Shown in pieces: positions 12,310 to 24,699 of a DNA stretch of 64,000 nt. The stretch is taken from NCBI GenBank assembly GCA_002104905.1, contig MCFE01000448.1:1-64000 (forward strand), in the 5' to 3' direction. The DNA is from Basidiobolus meristosporus CBS 931.73. Lineage: Eukaryota > Fungi > Basidiobolomycota. The notes beneath the pieces are model-generated. The model was given only the letters and a program-made list of their open reading frames with translations, made no database searches and was not told the origin of the DNA. The position numbers and the translations under genes are program-made. Each line of letters opens with the position of its first letter. Within the stretch, counting starts at the first letter, position 1.

Positions 12310-15300
12310 ATGACCATAATCGAAGGTGTCTCCGAAGGCGCCTCGCTCCGCATACCTGGGGCCGATTTTTCCTCCGATGACGAAATAGAATACGAGAACG
12401 ACGCCTCGCATGAGCTTATCATGGGATACGACTCGAACCAGAACTCCCCCCAGCCCACCATGAGGCGCTTCCGCAGTTTCTCGGCAGGAAAGCTGGTTGT
12501 CCCGTCCAATCTGACTGCAGAGACCCAGCTGCGGGATTTGGAGGCACGTCTGGTGGAGAAAGAGAATGAAGTGCTGCTAGCAGCAGACATTGGCCAGGTG
12601 TTGCTCAAGGAGATCGACAGCTTGAAGCACAAGCTGACGATTTATGAGCAGAACCGGACATCCGACGAACTGAATCAGGAGATCGAAGCGAAGCATGCCG
12701 AGACTCTACAAAAGTTGAGGACGTTTCGTGTGGAAGCCGAAATCTACACCTGCTCCTTCGAAAAGCCCAACAAAAACGGCAACAGTCCCTACGGTGCCGG
12801 GCGCAGGGGCGAGCGCTCCGTCACACCCCAGCTGCCAGGCATGACCGATAGCGAGCTAGACCTGGCGAGGATACCCAGCCCCACGATGCTTCCCACTAAG
12901 AACACCACTAGCACGCTGCACAGCGAGATCAACCGGTCGGTGGAGGTGGGTGAGAATCTCATGAGGTTGTCCCGGCAACTCCAAGCAAAGCTGTTGGAAG
13001 CAGAACGAGAGTCGCTCAACCTGGCCGAGAGAGTGACCGACCAGGAGAGACAAACGATGGCGTTCAAGATGCAGTTGGTCCGTGGGGCCGAAAGCGAAGG
13101 TAGGCGTGCAGACGATATACACCCATGTGGTTGCCATTAACCCAGATTCTGATCTGATATTCTAGCCAAGTCGCAAGAAACGAGCTGGAACCTGGAGCTC
13201 TCCAACCAGGAGCTGCAGACACAGGTCGAGGAGCTGGAGCAGGTGATGCAGAAGCTGACCAATGATCATGTGCGCCTTCAAGAGGCACTGAATCATGCCC
13301 GAGAGTCGATTGAAATGCTTCACCTGAAGGAAGAGAAGATGACCCAGACCATGGAGAGGACCAAGACCCGGCATGAACAGGAGTTGACGGGTGTGCGAAA
13401 GTTGGTGACCACGCTCCAAGGGGAAAAGGCCGAGTTGCAACGACGACTGGAGGAGGCCAAACAGGAGCGGAACGCAAAAGCCTGCAAACACACCGGAAAA
13501 TATCTCAACCATGCAGTGGCCACCCTGGACACCAGGACCGTTGGGCACGACTCGACCCTGGACCTATCCGACGGCCACGACCACTCTCCGATACGTTCGC
13601 CATCCCCATCGCCGTTTGCCGGAAATGCCCCTGGACAGACGCTGCAGGTTGAGACCTTACGTGGGTCGCTAAACCATGCGCACAGGACCATCGCTAGCCT
13701 TCGTGCCTGCTTACACCGCGAGAAGATCGAAAAATTGGAGCTCAAGAAGATGCTTTCCGAGAACCAGGAGGCCTTGGAGAATTTGCAGCAGGACTCGCTC
13801 TTAGAAGCCGAGGGTGATTCGACGATACGGTCGTTCAATGACTGCGAGACGCCTCGTAGATCGATGCCCAAAAAAGCGCGGCATAGAAAGCGTGGCAACA
13901 AAAGAGCGTCTGCCCCTGTGCTCCCTAACCGCCGTCTGCGTTTCCCAAGCACAAGTGACGGTCTTTATTCTTCGGAGGAGACCTCTTCCACCTTTGACGA
14001 GAGCCCATCCTATAAGCAATCCATCAATTCGTTGAAACGCGAAATACCGACTGCCAAGCTTGAGCCCCCGGTTATCAAGGAGACCGTGTCTTCTTCCGAT
14101 GGCGATCAACGGACCGCCGAGCTAAGCGCCAGGAGGAACACCAGAAATCCGTTGGCAAGGCGGTCAGCCCACATCCCGCAGCCCAACAGAGATCTACTCA
14201 ATGAGTTGTCCATGGTCGATGGCAACCAGCCCGATGACCCGACTGGAAGCCATGACCAAGTTCCCACCCAAAGTGGCCGCTCGAATGGCGATACCAGCGG
14301 TAAAGAAAGCCAAATCCTTCGCAACCTGACTGCAAAGGCTTTCCCCAACCTCTGCGACAAGTGTGGATCCATCGTGGAATCACTGATTAGCGGGCACTAT
14401 GCATCCTCTGTTGCTGAGAGCCCCGAAGACACCTTCGCCTCGAAGGAGACGACTCCCGGAGCGGAAGATGAAGCTATAGCTCTGGTCGAGGAGCTCCGTG
14501 GGAAGCAGGAAGGCCTGGGGAAAGACAGAGACTCTCCAATGGCGAATGCCGAAGATGCAAATGAACTCAGTGGTGAGTTGGCTGCAGATGGCCAGCAGCT
14601 GCTTTCCAAGGTCGTCACCAGTGCGAACGCCGCTCCCATTCAAGCCGAATCGCAACCTAAATTGAGCGTTTCGGTCGACCAACCCCCGCCTCGACCTACC
14701 ACCTTGCCCCCGGCCGAGCTGATGGCGCTGACCAAGAGCCCGATAACACTTCGCAATTCAGATGCGCACGAAGGGGAGCCTGCCCGCACCCTCAATCCTA
14801 AGCGACCGCCCATCCCCACCTCGATGCTGCAGCCTGCGGGCTCCAGAAAGCGAACACACTCGAAGGGGAAACGGGCCTTTTATGGCAAGGAGATCGACAC
14901 CGAGATGGACAGCAGCATGAGCTCACGCCCCACCTCGAAGCGTTACTCTCAGCCAGCGCTGGATGACAGCTACTCCAGATATCAGCCACTCCGCAGACCA
15001 AATGCTCAAGCGATGCACCATGGCACGATGAACTCCTGCGGCACGGAATCAAGCTACTTTGGGGATGAGGCCTCGTGGTCTGAGCGTCGACGAACCTTCT
15101 CGGCCGACCCAGCCATCATCCATGCCATCACCCAGGCGATGATCGGCAACTTCATGTACAAGTACACCAGAAAGGCGATTGGAAATGGGATCAGTGAGAA
15201 GAAACATAAGAGGTACTTCTGGATCCACCCGTACACAAAGACCATCAACTGGAGCGAAGAGCAGCCCGGCCCAGAGAAGACGTACACCAGGAACAGCGCC

Positions 15301-15798
15301 AAGTCCAAATCAGCCTATGTGAAGTCGGTGCGAGTGGTTCAGGAACCGTTGTCACCGACCTCGCCAACCACTCAGGATCAAGCAGGCTACGAGTATAGCT
15401 TGATCGTGGAGACATCAACGCGCGAGCTCAAGATCAAGGCGATGGATTCCGAGAAGCACGATGTATGGCTGCTGGCTCTGACATACATCCAGACACGCCA
15501 GGTGATTTCCGAGGGCGCAGCGGACTATCCCCAGATTGCCGAAACCCCGCTCGAGCGGAACAGCCGGCCAGCGCTACCAGTGTTCCCCCCTAGCTCCACC
15601 ACGTCCAGCCCGCAGTCTCTGTCGAAGAAGCGAAGCCTGACCAGGCTATTCAAGAGACCCAGCAAGCCCAATCTGCACGGGACGTTGGCCACCATGGAGT
15701 TCCCACCCAGTGCCGAGGATCTTGAGGCGCTCGAGGACATAAGAAAGTGCTGCAACGGCAAGCATGACATCAACCGGTTGGAGACAGTGACGCACTAG
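12310..15798 (+). CDS. num1: Num1/Mcp5/ApsA-like cortical dynein anchor: coiled coils plus C-terminal PH domain (2 exons)
   Basis: Exon 1 is 12310-13099, the intron is 13100-13165 (GT...TAG), and exon 2 is 13166-15798, in frame. The C-terminal segment IIHAITQAMIGNFMYKYTRK...KHKRYFWIHPYTKTINWS is typical of the Num1/Mcp5 PH domain. The start codon could lie slightly upstream. Confidence 0.85.
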
Positions 15799-17450
15799 AG
15801 GAACCTTATAGCAACACGAGCCTGGAGTGCGCCGCCACCTGGTGACTCCAGCTTCGGTCGATGTAGAATCACCTAATCTCCATAACCTAATACTGTGTAT
15901 AATGTCATCCATTGAATTTTTTACCCCGCCTCTCATACCCGCCACTCTACCCACTACTGGCCTCAGTCTCGGGAAATCCCGCCTGTTGCTCTGGCTGCCT
16001 CAACCCGGCTAGCTAGCGTAGTATGGTCAGGATGCCCAACTAGAATGGGCTTAATGTAAGCAGCCTTGAGATCTAGCCGAATCTAATCATTACCATCCCA
16101 AAACCCAGCATTCACGGCTGTGGCCGGACATTCTTTATTGAACTTCGAGCCACACCATATAACTCAGTAACCAGATCTAAATAAACATCCAAGGTAACCG
16201 GTGAGAACCGGGCCGCATATCGATGCAGGGCGCCCGATGCTGCTAGGTCTTGGCTACACATGTGTACATTTCGTGTGCGTTTGCGAGGATCGGATGAAAA
16301 AGGCCAACCAGGCAACCATGATGGAGAAGCCATGGGAGTAAAGAGCGCTGCTTCCCCCATGCACTGCCGCTAGCCAAGAGCAAACCCCAATGCCGGTTGG
16401 TGGGGCAGTAAACATTGAAGCACCCCCGTGGCGATGCGTAGCGCCACCGTATCCCTACGTGCGCTTCAACCAACGAACCCTGGCACACCAGTAGACAGCA
16501 TCATGTGTCGTTCGTAAACAGCCGAGCCAGGCGGATTTGGTAAGGTGGATAGTTCGTGCCTGATTCAGCCAAATCCAGGTTCAATTAGGCCATAGCTTTC
16601 AGGCTGCGCTGAAAGTCATCAGGATTTGAGCAATAGACTGAGCTCAACCGAGCCTTGCGTGCTTCTGCCCAGCGTGGCCATGAACCCACACCGGCAGATA
16701 GCGCCTCACGGGATGCTTCATGTAAACGAGCCCGAGCGAGGGGATCGCCTGGGGGGGGTGCTGACTAATCTGTCTTCTGCCCTCTACCCCTGGCCCGTTT
16801 CCCAACCCGACCCCCTGTGCTGCTGCCTAGTCTAACGCCGGAGTGTGCTGATCTACCGACTCCCAGGCGAACACCCACTAGACCAGATCCGCACTCGGCG
16901 TGGATGAATGCGAGTTGGTGCCAGTTGGGTGTGAACAATCAGCCATGCATGCATGCATGCTTGGCTTCGATTAAGGATAGATTAGGCAACCTCAGCAGGA
17001 ATTCATTTGTGCAACCATTTCAGCCTTTCATCTGATTTCCTGCCTCAACAAGCTTGCCCAACCAAATGGCTACGATGAAGGAAAGATCACAAATGTGGAA
17101 AACTCGTTGATTGCCTGCTTCAATGGCGTAGATGGGATTGAAGCCGAGCTGGGTCCTGTGGATTGCCATGGTTTCTGTGATGGGCGTTGTATGGACCGTT
17201 CTGCTTCAATCATACGGTGCCTTGCCTGAAGTGCGGGTATTTTGTGTTGATAATTTACAGATTTCCTGCTTTCTTATGCCTGCATCTACCTGATGCCAAA
17301 CAAATTGCCCTTGTAGACCAGGGTTTGCTTTCTACTCTTTCTGGATCCCATATCTCAGCGTTCTCTCTTCAGGTGCAATCCTTTAATATTCCGAACATCC
17401 TGCCACACTGCTTCAAGAGCCCCTCCTTCACCACCACCACCCACAACCAG

Positions 17451-17490
17451 CACTCACTCACTCACTCACTCACTCACTCACGCACTCACT
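17451..17490. repeat. (CACT)n microsatellite in the 5' region of the ankyrin-DIL gene
   Basis: About 10 tandem CACT units, directly visible. Confidence 0.85.
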
Positions 17491-17549
17491 CGACTTGTTC
17501 ACACTGCGCCATTCCCACCTGAGCCGTTGAACTCTACTCTTTTAGAACT

Positions 17550-20256
17550 ATGGGTTCCTTCAACTACGAAGACAACGACCAACATGGGCCCCCACTGGAC
17601 ACCAAAAAGCCCAGCGCGCTGACGTTGAAGATCGACACGAAGATTGACTGCGACCAGCCAGACTACCATCTGAATGAGGGCGCAGAAACCACCACTCCCT
17701 ACTCTGCAACCTTCTGTGAGAACCGCGTCTCGAATTCCACCACTGATACCCTCGTCACCCCAACACATTGCCCAACTGGCCAGCCCGAGCTGACCAGCGC
17801 CAAAGGAGAGAGCCCGAGAACGGCAGGGGTGGGCCGGGACTTCAAATTGACCATATCAACCAGCTTCAAAAGCTCGAAGACGGTGTCGCCCTTGGTGTCG
17901 ACGAAAACCACCAGCACCGATGCCTTTTCCATCCTGAGCCCCATGTCCCCCAGCCTGCTGCAGTATGCGGAGCAGTTCGAGGATGAGGAGGAGATACTCA
18001 ATGGAAGCTCGCTGTCAGAGGAGCAGAAGAAGCTAAAGCTAACCAGGATCCTGCGCAGAGCCTCCTCCAACGGGGACGGCAAGCGGGTCAACCGAATCCT
18101 GTCCATCGCCAGGCCGTACATCGACTTGGATGGGCAGGATGACGACGGAACCAACCCGCTGATCTACGCCTCGTGCTTCGGCTATTTGGATGTGGTGTTT
18201 GCTCTGCTTCAAGCGGGCGCCAACCCCAACGCTCAGGACAAATGTGAGGGTGTTTGTTTTCCCTGAGCACCCCCATTATCGTCACTAACCTCCTTTCCTT
18301 CGAATTCTCCTAGCTGGCTGGACCGCTCTGATGTGGGCAACGAATAATCACCACGATGCCATCGTGTGCATGCTAGTCGAGCACGGAGCCTCCACCACCT
18401 CCAAGTCGGCCACCGGCCGAACGGTCATGGACTTTGTGAATCACGGCATCAACCAAGACCCCATCCAAAACCGGCGGATCGCCGAGCTTCTCTCCGACGT
18501 GCACGAGAACAAGACCGAGCGGAAGCCGGCCAACCGGATCTCCGCCTACTACAACTCCTCCCGAAAGGAGCTGGGAAGCATCATCGCCGAGACGGACATC
18601 CTGTACAAAATGGCCATGAACAACGTGAACGGGAACGAGATGGACCTGGCCAACTTCAGGATCAACGACTCCGGGGTAAGTCACTTGTCCAGGCGAGCGC
18701 GACCCCACCGCTGACGCTGACCTTCCCATTTGGCATGTAGGAAGTGGAGGGGAACTTCGAGGAGTTTGTGTGGGACCACATCCAGCCCGACCAGATATTC
18801 GTGTTCTCGCCTACCAAGCTGCCCAGCCTGCTCAACAAGGTGATTTCCCGCATGAAGCCCCACTACACCCCCGAGCACAAGTTCATCCCGGCGAATGTCC
18901 TGTTCCTCGCCGCCCGATACGCCCACAGCCTGGTGGGCCCTGAACTGTTGGACGAGCTACTGTCCGACACCGTGCGGCTGACGCAAAAGGTGGTCCAGGT
19001 ATGTGTTCACCACTGGGGGGGGGGAGTGCCCCCCTTCGCTGCAGAATACTCGGCTAACCAGTCTCGTTTGACAGGTCGCGGAGGACGACATGTCCCTGCT
19101 GGCGTTCTGGATCTCCAACTGCACCCTTCTCCTGTACTACCTGAAGAGAGACGGCGAGCTGAGTGTTCAGACGCTGGACAGACAGGTGGACCTGTCCGAG
19201 CTGGTAGAGAAAACATACCGGATCTTCGTGCGTGGGGTGCAGCAGAAGATAGAGGAGGTGATCGAGTCGGCCATGCTGTCGTACGACACCCTGCCCGGTC
19301 TGAACGAGGTGAAGTTCGCCGGGGAGAAGAGGAGGTTCTTCTTTCCCTGCATGCGAAGCACCACCCCCAACTCGACCATCGGCAGCACCGGGTCGAACTC
19401 GCAGAAGCACAAACGACGGGTCTCCCAGAGGGCCACCATTCTGCCGCGTCAGAAGCCGGCCTCCCCGAGAACCATCAATTGTATATTGTCGTCGACGTTG
19501 ATCGTTTTGCAGACGTACGAGGTGCACCCCAACATCATCCACTCCACCTTGAACCAGCTGCTCCACTTCGTCTCCGGGGAGATGTTCAACTCCATCATCA
19601 CCCAAAAGGAGTACTGCTCCAGGTACAAGGCCATCCAGATCCGCATGAACCTCTCGGTCATCGAGGAGTGGGTGCTGGACAACAAGTTGCCGAAGGAGCT
19701 GAACGAGAACTTCCAGGACCTGCGGAACCTGCTCCAGCTGATCCAGTGTCTGTCCCAGCAGACCGACCTCCTCAGCTTCACCGAGATGATGGACAAGATG
19801 GAGTACATGAACCTTCCCCAGATCCTCATGGTGGTCAGACTTTACAATTACGAGGTCGATGAGGTCCAGCTACCCGAGAGCCTGTCCACCTTCCTCCTCG
19901 ATCTGGTGGAAAAGGAGAAGGTGGGCTCCTCGGAATCGAGCCCGCCACCCGCCGGCGACGGGTCCGATCCCTCTATCCCATCGAGCGCTAACGGCGATGC
20001 CGGCCCAGTCGCCACCACCACCGCCACCGCCGATGATACCGCCATCACCGCCGCCGACCCATCGGACGCACCACCCGGCCCGAATCGAGGGGTGGCGGAG
20101 ATGGAGGAGTTGAAAGACCCCGAGAAGCTGCTACCCTTCACCTTACCAACGTTGGCCGAGATGCTCTCCGGCTGGGGGAGGGAGGAGTTCCACGAGTACG
20201 TGCCATTCCTACCCGAAGATTTCCTCCGCCAGGTGGACGAGGAGTTCGAGAATTGA
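17550..20256 (+). CDS. Ankyrin-repeat and DIL (Dilute) domain protein (4 exons)
   Basis: Exons 17550-18243, 18314-18675, 18741-18998 and 19075-20256, with GT-AG introns restoring frame. Ankyrin motifs are GTNPLIYASCFGYLDVVFALLQAGANPNAQDKSGWTALMWA. The DIL-like segment is QLLHFVSGEMFNSII...YCSRYKAIQIRMNLSVIEEW...LNLPQI-type. Confidence 0.9.
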
Positions 20257-21094
20257 ATGAACCATCCTTCCATCCTTCCACTCGTTTCTATTCTACCTTC
20301 ATCGTACATCCATGAGATTCCCCCCCATCCTTCCCTCCCCACCTCTTACGAACCACCAGTTGGTCCGTGTGAATCGTCCGTGGGCCCGGCCCATCTCATG
20401 CGCCCGCTTCCCCTCCGGTGAACTGCCCAGTCGTCTCGTCTCGTCACCTAGGTTCCCCTTTGTCCAGAGCTCATCCGTCCTTGTATGACCATCCCCCAAT
20501 CCTACCACCACCGCCTACACTTCGCCACCACCCTATAGAGCAGAGGTCCCCCCTCTTCATCAGGGCCCCTCTGAACCATTTAACCTCATGGATAAATAAA
20601 TCGCTCCTGCGTACTACCCACGTCATGGTCCCGTCCTCCCCCCTCCTCTAGACCGCCCACGGGTTGACCCCCTGGTGGGGGATGGTGGCGGCGTGTATGC
20701 AAAGAGATCAAACTTGCAGTTCGAATGGTACACTGCTGGTATCTTGCTTGCATCCATGGGGTGTTCGGTTGGTGTTCCACCGGGATTCATCCCGGGAGTT
20801 TATCCTGTGTGGAAACCTCCGGAGCCACTCGCCATGCTCGGGATGAAGGTTGAACTTCCACCTGGATCGTGCCGGCATCGTGCCAGTCTTTCGCCACCTT
20901 GGGACATGCCCAAACGATCCGGATGGCTCGCAGGCCTTCACTGATCCAAGGAACTAGCCAATATCTTTCAAACACATCCCTTTGACAACAACTCGCAACT
21001 TGGCCCCAACTCAAGCAAAATCCTGTGGTGTACAAAGGATCTGGGTGTAAAGTCAACCAGTGTAGAAGGGATGCTTGGACATGAGTCTAAATGT

Positions 21095-21215
21095 TCGGAG
21101 ACCTTTCTTAACCACATCACTTCCTTTGTGGCCCCACAGGCTGCCATACACTCTGCCTCTGTGGTGGAAAGTGCAATGGATGGTTGCTTTCTTGAATTCC
21201 ACAGGAGTGTTTATG
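21095..21215 (-). mobile_element. Ty1/copia RNase H fragment
   Basis: The minus strand reads WNSRKQPSIALSTTEAECMAACGATKEVMWLRK, nearly the same as the copia at 45380-45480. Confidence 0.8.
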
Positions 21216-23911
21216 CATACAAATTGGTTTGTTTCCATTGAAACTTCAGTTGTAGCTCAATCACCAATTATACTGACCTATACAAGTCCCTATGCCCAGC
21301 ACCAACATTGAGCTCAACCCCACACTCAACAAGTAACCCCATTAATATCCATCCATCAATCAGTGTGCCTACTGTAACACCTTGTGCCCATGACTTTGGT
21401 GGGTACCCTGCAGCTTCATGCTATTGTTCATTCACCAGTTCCTACATGTCCTGGTCTTCAGCTGGCACTGCAAGGCCTAGCACCTCATCTGCCAGCTGTT
21501 GCAATTAATCCCTGCAATGTTCAAGTGCACTGTCTTGAGCACCACACTTAAAGAAGTGCTGCAACCACTTGACATACCTGTTACTGTTCCAAAATTCCAC
21601 CATAGGCATTGTGACATTCCTCAGACTTCCTGACATTGCTGCTTTGCATGGGATCTCCACTATGCCTACAATAGAGGATGTAGAGGCAGTGATAGACAAG
21701 TTGCATTTCTCTGCAAGCTGATCTACCTTACCAGGGTGTAGCTTGACCAGCACCTTTCAAGCCCAGGAGAGAACTGCCATCATCTTGTTGGCAATTGATC
21801 TTGGCAACTAGAGGATTCAAACCGCTTTATATTGATGGCATTGGTGGGTGAGAACTGCGGCCTTTTTCTTGCACCTTTCTGCCTCTGGCTTGGATAGACT
21901 TGTCTTCCATTCTCTTTCACTTTCCCTTCACCTTTATCACTGCCAGGCTCTTCACTGCAACTTCACCAGGTGATTCTTATATTGACTATACCTTCCCTAT
22001 GACAAATACTACACCGGTGCATACATACCTGCCTGCTTATCCCTGACTAGTACTCTTCAGGCTACCTTACACTTCTCTACCACTTGTTATCTCTTTCTGC
22101 CCTGCTTTTGACCGGCTCTCAAGGCAGCCACTGGTTTTTAGCCATGGTATTTTTGTTCTGATGCCTTTGATTGTTTCTAACATTCTGAGATATTTTCTGA
22201 GCAAAACCCATTTGCTTGTATGAGTTCTGGATGAGGCCAATGGAGCAGGTCAAGTGCATACTGCTTGCCTTGAGCTTTTGATGGTTCCATGGTATGCCAG
22301 TCATACAATGATGACATGCCAGACTTCTTACAGCCTCCTAAATACTAGCCTATTCTTCATTGTTGCACCCAATGGCATCAGGGATGTTGTATCCTAGGGA
22401 AAACATGAATCAAACTCTTAAATAGTTTAACCAAACCAAAGGGACAGTCAAGTGCAGAATCTCAAAATTGTCAGAGAGTGGTGGAAATATCAGTGGAGAG
22501 ATTCTGGACAAACATTGGTGTTGTATATAGCTGGGTTTGGCTATAAAGGCAACAGAGTTGGTTTGCTATACAGGCTAGGCTTGGTGCTCCTAGGAGTGCC
22601 AGATATGCTAGGCTTGGGTGGAAACTAGAACAGAGTTGTTGAATTCCTAATTTTGCTCAGACCCAATCCTAATTTTGTTGAGACACACACTAAACCAAAA
22701 GGTTCACCAAACCTTATTAATACTTCTCTGATCAAGTTGAATTAGTAAGCACCAAGGGACTGGATTAATTGAAATAAACTTGGTTGCTGATAGGTACATA
22801 AGATAAATAAAAATTGCATCATCAATCAGCTGATGTGATGGCAACTGCTAAGTGGTTGGATAGATCTCAGATGCTAATCATTTAGGAAGACCTGGCAGAT
22901 AAGTTGATAATGTAATGGCCATGCAAGAATTGATCCAGCGTGACAGCTAAAAATAGATTCAGTGGTAGGATAAAAGGAACCATTGTTGTATCCAAGAGAA
23001 AAGTGTAATAAAACTCTTGAATGAGTTAACTTAACCTAAGTGACAACTAAGCGCAGAATCTTAGAATTGTCAAGGGTGACAGAAATATTAGCAGAGAGGT
23101 TCTGGTCTAATATTGGCTTGGTATATAGTTGAGTTGGGCTATAAAGGCAACAGAGTTGGTTTTCAATACAGGCTAGGCTTGGTGTTCTTGGGAATGCTAG
23201 ATATGCTAGGCCTGGGTGGAAACTAGAATGGAATTGTTGAGTTCTTAATTTTGCTGAGGCACAATCTTGATTTTGTTGAGACACACACCAAACCAAAAGG
23301 TCCAGTAATCTTTATTTATACTTTTCTGATCAAGTTGAATTAGTAAGTGCCAAGAGACTGGACTAATTGAAATCTGTTTGGGTGTTGATAGGTGCATAAG
23401 ATAAGTGAGAAATTGTATCATTAATCAGCTGATGTCTTGACAACTACTAAGTGGTTGGATGGATCTCAGATGACTAATCCTTTGGAAAGACTTAGCAAAT
23501 CAGTTGAGGATGTAATGACCACTGGAAAGTTGATCAGGTGTGACAGCTAAAAATAGATTCTGAGAAGTGATAAAATAAACCATAACAGGGATTGGTTATG
23601 TTTGGCTTAGGGAACATCAGTTAGGGTACTTAATTTTCTAATGCAGAAAATTGGCTAAGTTTTCAAATTCTGATGCACAACAAGGGATCTTCAGTGTCTT
23701 TTAATTCTCAGGCTTCAGTATAAATATTGCCATCTCTCCCTCCCATGGTGTGATAGGCTTTTATGTAGGCTTTATCTTTGAGTACTGTAGTATTACCATA
23801 CTGACTGTATAGTGCTCCCTGGCTGTTACATCAGGAAATGGCTCAATTCTTGATTGCAGCTTTGAGCTGCTTGGGTTCCTTCTTTGCTGCCTGGATAGAC
23901 ACTGTGCTTTC
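21215..23911 (-). mobile_element. Decayed CACTA-associated accessory ORF fragment, interrupted by an LTR pair at 22385-23682
   Basis: Homologous to 26650-28500 (+). The sequence on either side of the LTR pair rejoins to match the uninterrupted copy at ~27070-27150. Confidence 0.65.
22385..23682. repeat. Tandem LTR pair (family 1): 3'-truncated copy 22385-22983 followed by a full copy 22984-23682, flanked by a single 5-bp TSD AGGGA
   Basis: Both copies start TGTTGTATCC and the pair ends CAACA. AGGGA is at 22380-22384 and 23683-23687. The sequence is homologous to the solo LTR at 38796-39488. Confidence 0.8.
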
Positions 23912-24545
23912 TGTTTTAAGAATCTTGGAGATATTGGTAATGACTTGGGCAAACAAGTAGAATATATGGTTTTGACTCAATAACTTGTTGAATGTGAAAG
24001 CAGTATTTTCACTATACATGGTCTTGGCATATGCTGCATGTAAAATAAGCCTAGGAAGATCCCATGCAAATGTGTGCATAGTTTGGAGCTGCTTAGACAG
24101 CTTTGAGAATTTTCACACTCAGGGTACCTGATATTTTGGTCAGAAAATTCCAGGTAAATCCTATCAAGGAGTTTAGTCAGTAATCTCAAAGATTTGCAGG
24201 TAACAATATAAGTTACAGCATTGGGAGAATATTTAGGGGAAATCCAAGTTGTACAACACTCCCACTTAACTAAATGGTCACACTGACTTGTCTTAAATAT
24301 TTGTATATAGCTTATGATTTGGTAAATATGTCTGCAATCATTTCATCAGTAGAACAGTAACCTAAGTTATATAAGTTATTCTATGTAGCTTTACATATGA
24401 AATGATGACCAATATCTGTGTGCTGAGTTCTGGCATGTAAATTGGATTTCTACCCAGTTGTAAACATCCTTGACTATCATGAAATAAAGTAATGGGCACT
24501 TTTGGCAAAACTCTAATTCTTTAAAAAGCTTTCTTAACCACATCC
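23912..24545 (-). mobile_element. Ty1/copia 3' end: 3' LTR (23912-24258), PPT and RNase H tail
   Basis: The LTR is homologous to the LTRs at 41620 and 45770 in reverse orientation. The PPT AAGTGGGAG is adjacent, and the minus strand encodes MWLRKLFKELEFCQKVPITLFHDSQGCLQLGRNP. Confidence 0.85.
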
Positions 24546-24699
24546 CCAATGAGAAATAACCCTGCTGTTCCCATCAGGATGTTGTGCAAAGACGGCAAAA
24601 AAACACAGTACTGCTGATTTTGCAAAAAACTTGGTCAAAAATTTTCATCTCAACAATGCATTAGTGGCTTTTGACTGGTTCTCAGCAAATTCTTTCAGA

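Noticed and set aside
12294-15954. Many antisense and overlapping ORFs over the Num1-like gene (similar cases over the kinase, Rab and DIL genes)
   Set aside because: These are shadow ORFs of GC-rich coding sequence with no recognisable motifs.
16940-16965. Palindromic (ATGC)n run
   Set aside because: A short self-complementary microsatellite with no further structure.
20939-20943. CACTG at the CpG boundary as a CACTA terminal inverted repeat
   Set aside because: It is only a 5-mer with no matching partner end or TSD, and the next recognisable sequence (21095-21215) is a copia RNase H fragment, not CACTA.
21215-21760. Plus-strand reading (...EDVEAVIDKL...) as the coding frame of the repeated unknown ORF
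   Set aside because: It is a Ser/Thr-rich shadow frame. The opposite strand is continuous with the upstream IPWDHQ block and coiled coil in the 26.6-28.5 kb copy.
22385-23682. Tandem ~600-bp units as a satellite or CRISPR-like array
   Set aside because: TG...CA ends, a TSD and a solo homologue show that they are LTRs. No repeat-spacer array is present anywhere in the window.
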